A DNA stretch of 64,000 nt from an uncultured Bdellovibrionales bacterium (GTDB lineage: Bacteria > Bdellovibrionota > UBA1018 > CAIPTA01), in NCBI GenBank assembly GCA_964416595.1, contig CAYQES010000010.1:9229-73228 (forward strand). Direction: 5' to 3'. This document shows, piece by piece, positions 29,003 to 37,681 of this stretch (position 1 is its first letter; every line of letters begins with the position of its first letter). Below the pieces are notes generated by a model. It was not told the origin of the DNA, ran no database searches, and saw only the letters and a program-made list of their open reading frames with translations. The translations under genes and the position numbers were made by a program.

Positions 29003-30349
29003 ATGGATATTCTGCTCATTCACTCTAAAGCTGAAATCCGGGAACTGGTATCGTTTCCCCTGGAAGGGGCCCTTTCTGCCATTACCCACGGGGTTCCAGG
29101 CGGTAAAGAGGCGCAAGAACTCATCGCAGCCAAAAAGCTTGTGACACCCGTAATCGTGGCGGAAAACTCTCCCGATAACCTGCAATTCCTTAACGCTTTC
29201 AAACAAGACTCCAAACTCATCCTTTGCGCTGACGCCAAACCCGCCACAGCACCTCCAGCCATGGAGGGTATACAGTTTTTAGGCTATGCTCTTTACGCTA
29301 ACCTGGTAAACGATCTCATTCAGTTGTTGAAGCCTAGTGCTCCCGCCGCGGCCCCAGCGCCCGAGGGCGAAGCGAAAATTGAGGATAAATACTGCCGCAT
29401 CAATACGGCCCTTCTCTTAAAAGTGAACCCCCTGGCGGCTGATATCTATATCCGTTTGTCGCCCACCCATTATGTAAAACTTTTTCAGAAAAACGATGAA
29501 TTCGATGTGAACGATCTCCAGCGCTACCGGGATAAAAAAAAGGTGGATTACCTTTACCTGTTAAAAGAAGACTCGCCCCAGCTGATGACCAAACTTCTTG
29601 AAGAGCTGGAAAAAATGCTTTCGGCCAATCCACCACCCTCGCCGCAAACAGCTACGGAAACCGTGGAAAATATGGTGGATACCATCCACGAATTGATCGA
29701 TAAAATTGGTGTTACCGAAGAAGTGCAAAAAGCCGTGAGCAATAGCGTAAAAGTTACCTTGAAAGCCATGGGCGACTTCCCCCAGCTTTCCGAGATTATG
29801 AAGATCGTGAATGATCCTAACGGCAAATACATTGGCCGCCATACCATGCTGCTCACCAATATCGCGTGCTCTATGGCGGTGTGCATGGATTGGTATTCGG
29901 AATCCACTTTCGAAAAACTCACCATGGCAGCCTTCCTACACGATTCCGCCTTGCGTGATCATGATCTGTGCGCCGTAAAAGATCTTACAGAATTTGAAAA
30001 AGTCTATAAGGGAAAATTCAATCTAAGCCAAATCCAGGCGTATAAAGCTCACCCAGAAAAGGCCGTATTGTTGCTTGGTCACTTCAAGGAAGTTCCCGCA
30101 GAAGTGGATAAAATCATCCTTCAGCACCACGAGCACCCCATGGGATCAGGTTTCCCCGCCCAGCTTTCCAGTAACTATATTACGCCCCTCTCGAGCTTAT
30201 TTATTGTTTCCCACGATCTAACGGATTATATCCTCGACAGGCAGGGAAAATTCGATATCGATGAATTCCTGCAAGCCTTTGACAAAAAATATGCCTCTGG
30301 AAACTTTAAAAAGATTGCCAAGCAGCTCTCAGAAGTAGAATTATTCTAG
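29003..30349 (+). CDS. HD-GYP-type phosphohydrolase domain protein with receiver-like N-terminus (GYP replaced by GFP)
   Basis: HD motif in AAFLHDSALRD and HHEHPMGSGFP in place of HHExxDGxGYP. The N-terminal ~80 aa look receiver-shaped but lack the acidic pocket (LLIHSKAE). Confidence 0.7.
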   Translation: MDILLIHSKAEIRELVSFPLEGALSAITHGVPGGKEAQELIAAKKLVTPVIVAENSPDNLQFLNAFKQDSKLILCADAKPATAPPAMEGIQFLGYALYANLVNDLIQLLKPSAPAAAPAPEGEAKIEDKYCRINTALLLKVNPLAADIYIRLSPTHYVKLFQKNDEFDVNDLQRYRDKKKVDYLYLLKEDSPQLMTKLLEELEKMLSANPPPSPQTATETVENMVDTIHELIDKIGVTEEVQKAVSNSVKVTLKAMGDFPQLSEIMKIVNDPNGKYIGRHTMLLTNIACSMAVCMDWYSESTFEKLTMAAFLHDSALRDHDLCAVKDLTEFEKVYKGKFNLSQIQAYKAHPEKAVLLLGHFKEVPAEVDKIILQHHEHPMGSGFPAQLSSNYITPLSSLFIVSHDLTDYILDRQGKFDIDEFLQAFDKKYASGNFKKIAKQLSEVELF

Positions 30350-30356
30350 CGCACCC

Positions 30357-31724
30357 ATGATCCATAAACCTTTTGCTCGGCTCTGGCTCACCACACTCCT
30401 CGCCTTTGTGCTTGTTCTATTGGCACTGCCGCCCTTTTACGGCTTCATGGATGACCTCACCAATCTACAAACCGCAAAAGATATGACAGAGCGGGGAGCG
30501 CTCAATTACCTAAAAGATTGGCTGCCCTATGATTATGCCGCCAGCGGTCGCATCCGGCCTTTTTTGCCATTCATGGCCTGGGGAATTTATACACCAGCCC
30601 TAGGCTCTCCCCTTGGGTTGCATCTTTGGAACGGTTTTCTCACTTTGGGAACACTAGGACTCTTGGCTTTAGGTTTTGCTCGGCTGTGGCGCCTAGTGTA
30701 CGGCGAAAAAGAAGACATCAGCGCCATCTTCTTCGCTTTGATGCTGCTCTTTCCTTGGACTCACCTTGTGGTGATCTTGCCCGCCATGCAAGAGAAAATG
30801 ATTTTGCTGGCAGCAGCCCTTACCCTCTTGGCTTTTACGTCTCCCGCCGTAATTTCTTGGCCAGTATGGATACGCATGCCCTCGCTCATTTTCCTCTTGG
30901 CTTGCGGAACTTTTGTGCGGGAACAATATATTTTATTTTATCCGGCCTTTTTTGCGGCCAGCTGGTGCCAAGATAAAAAACCTTTCCGTTGGGAAACTTG
31001 GCTTTATTTCTGCGCCATGCTGGGTTTGATTGTGCTTGTCTGGTGGCTCGGCCGCGGCAACCCCTACAAAAGTAGGTACGGGCTTGAGGCCGCTTTTGTT
31101 ACTCTGCAAAACTCCCGCTCCCTCTGGCTTTTTCTAGCGTTAGCTTTAACTAGTTTTGTGTGCCTATTTTCCAAAAAAGATTTTCTCGCCCGCACCTTTC
31201 CCGCCACTTCGCTCCTAGGGTTTTTACTGCTAATGATCCCTTGGGGCCTTGGCGGTTATTTAAATAGCATAGCCGCTCCCCTATTTGCGGCGGCAGTGTT
31301 AGCTATTTTTTCTGGTTTCTTGAAACGAAAACCCTTCATTGTTTTTGCTGCAGGATTATTACTTTTTACTGGTGAAATTATTTTGGATGCATCCGTAAAG
31401 CGAGATTTACGCTTGGCCCTTGAAAGCCAAGAGTTAAAAGTCCTCGCCCAAACGCACACTCTCTATGCTCCTTGTGATGAAGGTTCCGGTTACATCAAAC
31501 GTTACGCTAAAGAATATTTTGGCTATGAATTAGACGTAAAAGTGCCACCTGCCCTGGCGGATTTACGCGCACAACACTCGGGTCCCACCTATTGGTTTGT
31601 GGGCAAGCACTTAAGTTGCTGGCCAGGAAGTTTTGATCCAGAAGCCTTAGTGAAGAGCGGCGAAGCCAAAGTGCTGTGGCAAGGTTCCCACGCCTGGAGC
31701 CACCGAATTTTAGAAATCCATTAA
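30357..31724 (+). CDS. Polytopic integral membrane protein, possibly a GT-C-fold glycosyltransferase
   Basis: 455 aa, about 10 TM helices then a soluble C-terminal domain. An acidic pair sits in the first loop (GFMDDLTN). The fold assignment is tentative. Confidence 0.45.
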   Translation: MIHKPFARLWLTTLLAFVLVLLALPPFYGFMDDLTNLQTAKDMTERGALNYLKDWLPYDYAASGRIRPFLPFMAWGIYTPALGSPLGLHLWNGFLTLGTLGLLALGFARLWRLVYGEKEDISAIFFALMLLFPWTHLVVILPAMQEKMILLAAALTLLAFTSPAVISWPVWIRMPSLIFLLACGTFVREQYILFYPAFFAASWCQDKKPFRWETWLYFCAMLGLIVLVWWLGRGNPYKSRYGLEAAFVTLQNSRSLWLFLALALTSFVCLFSKKDFLARTFPATSLLGFLLLMIPWGLGGYLNSIAAPLFAAAVLAIFSGFLKRKPFIVFAAGLLLFTGEIILDASVKRDLRLALESQELKVLAQTHTLYAPCDEGSGYIKRYAKEYFGYELDVKVPPALADLRAQHSGPTYWFVGKHLSCWPGSFDPEALVKSGEAKVLWQGSHAWSHRILEIH

Positions 31725-31764
31725 ACCCCGGCATAGCTGGTATATTTAATGCAATTTCTTAAAC

Positions 31765-31974
31765 ATGAACTTACCAGATCCACTTACAATAGGCTTAGGT
31801 TTAGGAGCGCTTCTCTTTCTAACCGCCGTGGCCTATAGAAGGAAAAAGCCACCGGAAGAAAGTTTCGGCCCCCACGAACTCTACCCTAAAGATAGCGGCG
31901 AGCATGGTGGCCTCTATGGCCATCACTCCAAGCACCTCTATCCAGAAGCCTCAGACCATAAAATCGCCAGCTAA
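31765..31974 (+). CDS. Small single-TM protein (hypothetical)
   Basis: 69 aa with one TM helix (IGLGLGALLFLTAVAY), then RRKK and a His/Gly/Tyr-rich tail. No clear SD. Confidence 0.3.
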   Translation: MNLPDPLTIGLGLGALLFLTAVAYRRKKPPEESFGPHELYPKDSGEHGGLYGHHSKHLYPEASDHKIAS

Positions 31975-32120
31975 TTTCTTAGAACGCGTAAAAATGCCTC
32001 ATGCCTAGGAGTGATTAGTGGATTTTTCCCCCAAACATACCCTCTAATCGAAAGTTTTTTGCTTTTACTATTGGTCTAAGTCTTGCTCATAAGCCGGCGA
32101 GTTTTTGGGGAAAGGAAAGT

Positions 32121-32480
32121 ATGGCCTGCAATGGAGTTCTCGTAGTTGAAGATGAAAAAGATATCCGCGATTGCCTACAAGAGGTTTTAGAAAGGGAAGG
32201 TTACCAAGTGGCTACCGCCGCTAATGGCAAGGAAGGCATGGAACTTCTGCCTAAGGTGGACCCTTGTGTGATCCTCCTAGATTTGATGATGCCCGTGATG
32301 AACGGCTGGGAATTTGCGGAGAAAATCGACAAGAATAAAGAATTATCCGAGGCGGCATTAGTAGTAGTATCCGCTGGTGGGGAACACACTTTCGATATCA
32401 AAGCGAAAAAAATTCTCAGAAAACCTGTGGATCTAGATGTGCTACTAGCCACAGTGAAAAAATACTGTCAAGAACATTAA
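32121..32480 (+). CDS. Single-domain response regulator (CheY-like receiver)
   Basis: VLVVEDEKD, phospho-acceptor context ILLDLMMPVMNG, VVVSAGG, LRKP. Confidence 0.85.
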   Translation: MACNGVLVVEDEKDIRDCLQEVLEREGYQVATAANGKEGMELLPKVDPCVILLDLMMPVMNGWEFAEKIDKNKELSEAALVVVSAGGEHTFDIKAKKILRKPVDLDVLLATVKKYCQEH

Positions 32481-33163
32481 TTCAGCCGATAGACCTCAAA
32501 ATAATTGCCCCATATATCCCGCTCGTGGAACTTTGCGCGCGCGCGCAATTTCTTTAAAGAAGGGATCTGGCGTAAAGCATTATTTTTGTACACAAGCGTG
32601 ATCGGCTTGGATGCATAAAAGTTTTGTAAGCGATCCAAAAACGGCCGAAACACTTCTTCGGAAAAAGGATCATTCATCAGAAAAAATCCGTCGTTGGGGT
32701 GAAAGGCGAATTCAAGCGCGTCCCCATGCTCCAGCTGAAATTCCGTTTGTGGATACTGAGTGCGAAAACGCTGAATATTACCTTTGGCAATTTCACAAAG
32801 CTCCCCCACAAGCTCCACGCCCCGGGCTTTACGAAATCCATATTCCGCTGCCAAAATCATGCCCTTCCCGGCGCCGGCACCAATATCCACAAAATGCTGT
32901 TCTTTGTCTGGTTTAAGCTCTGCGAGCAATTGGCGGAAAGGAACTGAACGAATCGGTTGGTAGTAGTTAGCGTATTTACCGCTAGGGCCTTTTTCGGTTT
33001 TTTTGGGATCCAGAAAAGTATCCGAGATCAATCCTAGGCGTTTATCTTCTCGTTCGTCTTTCAGGGCCACCCAGATTAGGATAAAGGCGGTTCCGAGGCC
33101 TCGGATGCGAATCGCATCGTAAATAGAAATCCAAATAATCTTGAGGCGCTCAAAGGTGTGCAT
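32477..33163 (-). CDS. Class I SAM-dependent methyltransferase with N-terminal hydrophobic segment
   Basis: Motif I FVDIGAGAGKG, acidic motif II GVELV, post-I HGDALEF. Confidence 0.7.
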   Translation of the reverse strand: MHTFERLKIIWISIYDAIRIRGLGTAFILIWVALKDEREDKRLGLISDTFLDPKKTEKGPSGKYANYYQPIRSVPFRQLLAELKPDKEQHFVDIGAGAGKGMILAAEYGFRKARGVELVGELCEIAKGNIQRFRTQYPQTEFQLEHGDALEFAFHPNDGFFLMNDPFSEEVFRPFLDRLQNFYASKPITLVYKNNALRQIPSLKKLRARAKFHERDIWGNYFEVYRLN

Positions 33164-33169
33164 GGTTTC

Positions 33170-34297
33170 TTAAGCGAAGGGCACACGCTTAAACAATAGA
33201 TTCACTTCCGACTGGCAATTCCAATAACAATCCCGGCACTCTTTGGCCTGCTGGCGCATGGGCTTGATGCCTTCTCCGTTCCAATATTCTTTTAGCGGAG
33301 ACTTGCGAATATTGCCGTAGCTCTTGCGGTTCTCAAAATGCGGAAAACACGCAAAATAATCCCCGAAACCATCGATCGTTAAAGAAGCGTGGCCCGCAAC
33401 ACAAGGAGCGGGAAAAGGTTTGCCCATAAAAAAATCTTTTAAGAGGCGAAAATAGGCTTCCGAGTTTGTTTGCAAGTTGGAGCTGCGTTTTTTGGCGATC
33501 AAGAAATCGATGAGATCGTCGAGCTTTTTGTGGGCCTTCACTGGATCTGGATCCAAGTTTTGTAATAGTTCAGGGTGCTCTAACACATCCACTTGGTGCA
33601 CGGGATTGAAAGTAACTTGCCGAACGCCTAAATCTTCGGCGATTTGGAAAATGGACGGAATATCCGCAAAATTTCCTTCATGCACCACGGAGTTAATAGA
33701 AATATTGATGGTTTTTTTCTGCGCTTTTGCAGCCTCTTGGAGATACTTAATTCCATTCACCAAGCGCTCATAGGCCCCGGGCCGGCCCACCACCGCATCA
33801 TGCACTTCTGGATTGGAACCGTGGAGAGAAAGTGTAATTCCGTCCAAGCCCGCTTCCACCAAATCCTTGGCCATGGTTTCCGAAAGGTACCAACCACTGC
33901 TGGTGATATGGCTCACTAGCTTCGCTTGCTGGATCGCGCGGATAAAAGTGCGGATATGGGGGTGCGTGAGTGGCTCACCACCTGTGATGGTTACGGATCC
34001 CGAGCCGATTTCCTTGGCTTGCCGAATCAGACCCAAAATATCCTCTTGGCTGAGCACGGCCTTTTGCGGATCATTCCGGAATTCCCGATCCCGTTCGGGC
34101 AAATTGCAAAAACCACACTTCAAATTGCAGGCGTAGGTGAGGGCGAGGTTCACGCTGAGCGGAGCCGCAATCGGCATCTGCAGGGCGTGGCCGGCTTTTA
34201 CGAGGAGAAAATTTCGGCCATAGGCGAAGATTTTTTTCACGCCAAATTTTTTGGCGCCCTGGATGGCGTAATTTAGGTAAGGCAGGCGTTTAGGCAT
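33170..34297 (-). CDS. Radical SAM protein with SPASM/twitch-type C-terminal Cys cluster
   Basis: CxxxCxxC in YACNLKCGFCN, GGEP motif TITGGEPL. C-terminal C-x12-G-x4-C (CVAGHASLTIDGFGDYFAC) and CRDCYWNC. Confidence 0.85.
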   Translation of the reverse strand: MPKRLPYLNYAIQGAKKFGVKKIFAYGRNFLLVKAGHALQMPIAAPLSVNLALTYACNLKCGFCNLPERDREFRNDPQKAVLSQEDILGLIRQAKEIGSGSVTITGGEPLTHPHIRTFIRAIQQAKLVSHITSSGWYLSETMAKDLVEAGLDGITLSLHGSNPEVHDAVVGRPGAYERLVNGIKYLQEAAKAQKKTINISINSVVHEGNFADIPSIFQIAEDLGVRQVTFNPVHQVDVLEHPELLQNLDPDPVKAHKKLDDLIDFLIAKKRSSNLQTNSEAYFRLLKDFFMGKPFPAPCVAGHASLTIDGFGDYFACFPHFENRKSYGNIRKSPLKEYWNGEGIKPMRQQAKECRDCYWNCQSEVNLLFKRVPFA

Positions 34298-34424
34298 CTT
34301 AAGATTAAAGTATTACAGAGAAAGGGATTTAGTAAAGGCGGGTAGTAACATAGGCATGCAACGTAGTGGGCGCACCAAGTAGAAGCTTGCCCAAACCCCC
34401 ACTCCCGATTATCTTCTGCCACCC

Positions 34425-35069
34425 ATGAGCCCCAAAAAAATCCTCGCCGCCCTCGCCCTCTGCCTTGCCCTAGCAGGAGCCGCTTTTCTCTGGCGCAGCA
34501 AGCTCAACCCACAAAACCAAGATTCCCCCGCGAACACCGCAACCACCAACACAACCACCCCCGCCGCCCCCGCTGGCCGGCCCACCGCTGCTCCTCCGCC
34601 CCCGGGCGTGAGCGCTAGCTTTGTTACCTTCCTGCTTGCGGAAGCCCCTCTGCTGGAGAAAAAAACCGATGCGGAGGAAGCGCAAAAGCGCATGGAGCAA
34701 CAGGCCCAAATCATGAGTGAGGCGGATCTTAATTTTGCCAAAGATGTGGCGCTCTCGGATAAAAGCTCCGCCGCCGAACGCATCATCGCTGTTTATTTAC
34801 TCAGCCTCGCGGGGCCTAGGGCGTACAAAATTCTTTTGGAGCATGCCTCCGCCCCCTTCACCGCGCCCCCCAACCCTGAGCCCCATTCGGCGGATGAAAT
34901 AAAAAATTCCCAGGAAAAAGCCCTACGAGCCATTGCTATAGATGCTCTTTTGGAACAGGCCACTACCCAAGAAAAGCGGGATGATCTCAGTAAGTTAGCT
35001 ACAGAAACCCGTGAACCTTGGCTGCGCAGCTATATAGAAAAAGGCTTGAAAGCCCTGTCGCCACTGTAA
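34425..35069 (+). CDS. Hypothetical membrane-anchored/secreted protein with Thr/Pro-rich linker
   Basis: 214 aa, N-terminal hydrophobic helix, TATTNTTTPAAPAGRPTAAPPPP linker, then a helical repeat-like C-terminal part. Confidence 0.5.
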   Translation: MSPKKILAALALCLALAGAAFLWRSKLNPQNQDSPANTATTNTTTPAAPAGRPTAAPPPPGVSASFVTFLLAEAPLLEKKTDAEEAQKRMEQQAQIMSEADLNFAKDVALSDKSSAAERIIAVYLLSLAGPRAYKILLEHASAPFTAPPNPEPHSADEIKNSQEKALRAIAIDALLEQATTQEKRDDLSKLATETREPWLRSYIEKGLKALSPL

Positions 35070-35155
35070 GAATCTGTAAGAATTTACTCGCTTTCGTTAG
35101 CAGAAATTTCATGACCCTCCATGGTCATATCTTCCACCTTCTTGGAGGGGGGATT

Positions 35156-36508
35156 ATGAAATTATTTCTATCTATTTTTTTAGTTCTTTTCACACAAACC
35201 ACACAAGCAGCCACAGAGTGTATTTCCAAAGTAGAGATGCAGGAGATCACGCAACACTTCACCCAGTTTAGGGATTTAGCCAATCAGGACTATTGCTACG
35301 ATGGTTCCGAAACCTCCCACCTCTTGGCAGGCCTCATGTTCATGCGTAAAACCCAATTTGCCAATCCCATGGATCCCTCGAAGGATGAGTTCTTCTCCGG
35401 AAAATTCGCCAATGAGTGGTACAATTATTTCATCGGGCGCATTGAGGATTTCGAAGTAGATCCTAACTGCCCAAAAGGCGCTCTGGCTTATGTATACGCT
35501 TACGGTGGTCGCACCATGTTTGCTTGCACCGCGATGCTCACGGATAGCTACACAGCCTTGGATCGCGCCAGCGTGTTCATGCATGAAGCCCGTCACATCG
35601 ATGGCTACCCCCACATCACTTGCAGCAAGGGCGCAAGAGCCGGCCTCCGTGGCGCATGCGATAGACGCATCTCCGATGGCGGATCCTATGCAGTTACGGT
35701 GGAAACCTATGCGCAGCTAGCCCGCTACGCCACTGATATTCACCCCGCTCTTAAAGCCTACGCCCGCACTTCCGCGGCTGTGTATGCGGAGGAAACTTTT
35801 GAAAATCCTGCGATCATCAACCGCACCAAGCAATTCTTGGTGTTAGCTAACGACAAACGTTTCCACGCAGTAAAAACCGACGGCACCACAAAAGCCTTGG
35901 GGAGCACTCCAGCCCTTGGAAAAATCGTGATGCGTGGTTTGCACATGATCCTCTTCCCCGAGGATAAAACCCTTCCTGCGCGTTTTGTGTTTGCCAAAGA
36001 TGAAGGAGAAATTCCTCAGCAAGCGGGCAGCCAGGCCACCGAATACAATAGCCTAACTCCCGATCAACGGGCCCAATGGGTGGATGTGCATATAGCCGCC
36101 CAGTGGAATGCTATTGTGCTCAAAGATAAGGTGCGCTTCTCTTGCGATCCAAGAGCCAACACCACCACAGAAATTTCTCTCACCGATGAAACTCCTGTGA
36201 GCCTCTTGTACTTGAATGGCTATGATCGTTCAGCGCCTCTGGTTCAAGTAATGATGGAATCAGGAAAACTTTTTGATCTCGGTTGCTCTGAGCAGAAAGC
36301 TTCTCTCAAACCATCTACTATAGTTCTCGACCAAAAATACAAGAGCGTGCATAAAGTAGGAGATTTAACCTTAGGCCTCACGCAGGATGGAAACTTGCGG
36401 GAAATCCAGGGCACGGGCACTTCTCGCCCTTACTCCTTGGGAACATTAGACGGAACAATTTCCGCCCTAGTGCCAAACCAATCCTTAGAGTTTTTCCAAG
36501 AGAACTGA
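35156..36508 (+). CDS. Secreted protein with HExxH motif (putative zinc metallopeptidase-like)
   Basis: Start at MKLFLSIFLVLFTQTTQA (ATG 35156). It has a single HEARH motif in SVFMHEARHIDGYPH and several Cys pairs. Confidence 0.5.
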   Translation: MKLFLSIFLVLFTQTTQAATECISKVEMQEITQHFTQFRDLANQDYCYDGSETSHLLAGLMFMRKTQFANPMDPSKDEFFSGKFANEWYNYFIGRIEDFEVDPNCPKGALAYVYAYGGRTMFACTAMLTDSYTALDRASVFMHEARHIDGYPHITCSKGARAGLRGACDRRISDGGSYAVTVETYAQLARYATDIHPALKAYARTSAAVYAEETFENPAIINRTKQFLVLANDKRFHAVKTDGTTKALGSTPALGKIVMRGLHMILFPEDKTLPARFVFAKDEGEIPQQAGSQATEYNSLTPDQRAQWVDVHIAAQWNAIVLKDKVRFSCDPRANTTTEISLTDETPVSLLYLNGYDRSAPLVQVMMESGKLFDLGCSEQKASLKPSTIVLDQKYKSVHKVGDLTLGLTQDGNLREIQGTGTSRPYSLGTLDGTISALVPNQSLEFFQEN

Positions 36509-37681
36509 GGTCTCTTTTTGCTCTAAGAGTAAATCCGTTTCGGGAGCCAGGTGAATCCCACCTGGCTCTTTTTTTGCGCGCTCTTTTAGATGAGCTTGCA
36601 CTTGCGGGAGCAACAGCCCAAATAATTTCTTCGCTACAATCTCTATTCCCTCTTGGGAAATATGCATTGGGTCACGGAAAACCTCTTTGTTCACGCCCTT
36701 ATAAATTCCAGAAAAATCAGTAAAAGAAAATTCATTCCGAAACTGGCTCACGTGAACCAATAGATCTTTTATCCTATGTACGGCGATCTCCACATTGGCG
36801 GAATCTTGCATGATACTTAACTCACTCCCCAATTTCGGCTCCTTAAAATAAACGGTTGGCTGCAAAATCGCCTGAAACTTTGCATCTAAGCTTGCCGAAA
36901 CGAGGGCCGCAAGGCGCAGATTTTGCGCATAAGCCAATCTGCGTTTACGCTCTAACTCCGCTTCCAATTCGCTTCCAGAGTTCTTATAAGTGGCTCGCAA
37001 ATCTTTCGACTTTTGCTCAAAAAGATCTTGCACCAAGTTCTCCTGAAAATGATTGCGCAAAAACTGGCTATTCAAAGCCAGCATTGGCCAGAAAGGAGTT
37101 TCCGCCGCCGTGAGTTTCATGGCAGGGTTCATTTCGTACAAAATATAGCGATGGGGATAATTGGGGCGCTCATCGAAAGAAGGAGAAATGTCGCCATAGC
37201 CCCCATAAAACACCACCATGTCTGGCTGAAAAGTAGAAGCTTCTAGAAATAAGCGCACAAGATCTTGCCGAGAAATAGAAGAAACCGCGCCAAAATTAAA
37301 AACATGAACATTGCTCAAACCTTTTTTGTGAAAAAATCCTTCTAGCAAAAAAGAAAAGGGCGGGTTGCCGTTATACACAACGGAGCTGCCAAAAATAAAA
37401 ATCCGGTATTCGTCTTTAGTTTTCGTAGCTGCTGGCAGAGGGCCCCGATACCCTAAGGCGTTCTGGCCATCCACCAAAGGTTTACCCGCGGACATCACAT
37501 ACGGCCGAGGCATATGAGTAACATCGTTCACATTATCCATTATAGCGTGACTGCGGGGCAACTCCACCCAACGCGCGTACAGCTCTAGCACTGTGGCGAT
37601 GGCGCCCAAGAATAACAAAAATAAAAATAGACGGCCGAGCTCGCGCTCAACTCTGGCCCACTTTTGCTTGGGCTTAGCCAT
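36485..37681 (-). CDS. Membrane-anchored SGNH/GDSL-like hydrolase family protein (tentative)
   Basis: N-terminal TM helix, block I-like IFIFGSSVVYNG, block V-like DPMHISQEG (DxxH). The start overlaps the upstream stop by 1 nt (TAATG). Confidence 0.4.
   Translation of the reverse strand: MAKPKQKWARVERELGRLFLFLLFLGAIATVLELYARWVELPRSHAIMDNVNDVTHMPRPYVMSAGKPLVDGQNALGYRGPLPAATKTKDEYRIFIFGSSVVYNGNPPFSFLLEGFFHKKGLSNVHVFNFGAVSSISRQDLVRLFLEASTFQPDMVVFYGGYGDISPSFDERPNYPHRYILYEMNPAMKLTAAETPFWPMLALNSQFLRNHFQENLVQDLFEQKSKDLRATYKNSGSELEAELERKRRLAYAQNLRLAALVSASLDAKFQAILQPTVYFKEPKLGSELSIMQDSANVEIAVHRIKDLLVHVSQFRNEFSFTDFSGIYKGVNKEVFRDPMHISQEGIEIVAKKLFGLLLPQVQAHLKERAKKEPGGIHLAPETDLLLEQKETSVLLEKL

Noticed and set aside
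32533-32548. Perfect 16-nt palindrome TTGCGCGCGCGCGCAA, a (CG)n run with Z-DNA or hairpin potential.
   Set aside because: It lies inside the methyltransferase CDS, where it encodes LRARAK. It is short and has no flanking features, so it is most likely coincidental.
34409-34786. Minus-strand 125-aa ORF overlapping 34425-35069.
   Set aside because: Its translation is Ala/Arg/Gly-rich shadow sequence of the GC-rich Thr/Pro-linker region. The plus-strand ORF has a credible N-terminal anchor and fits the neighbouring gene spacing.
35018-35155. Upstream extension of the HExxH protein ORF (start at 35018).
   Set aside because: It would overlap the preceding gene by 52 nt and place about 46 non-hydrophobic residues before an otherwise canonical signal peptide that starts at ATG 35156.
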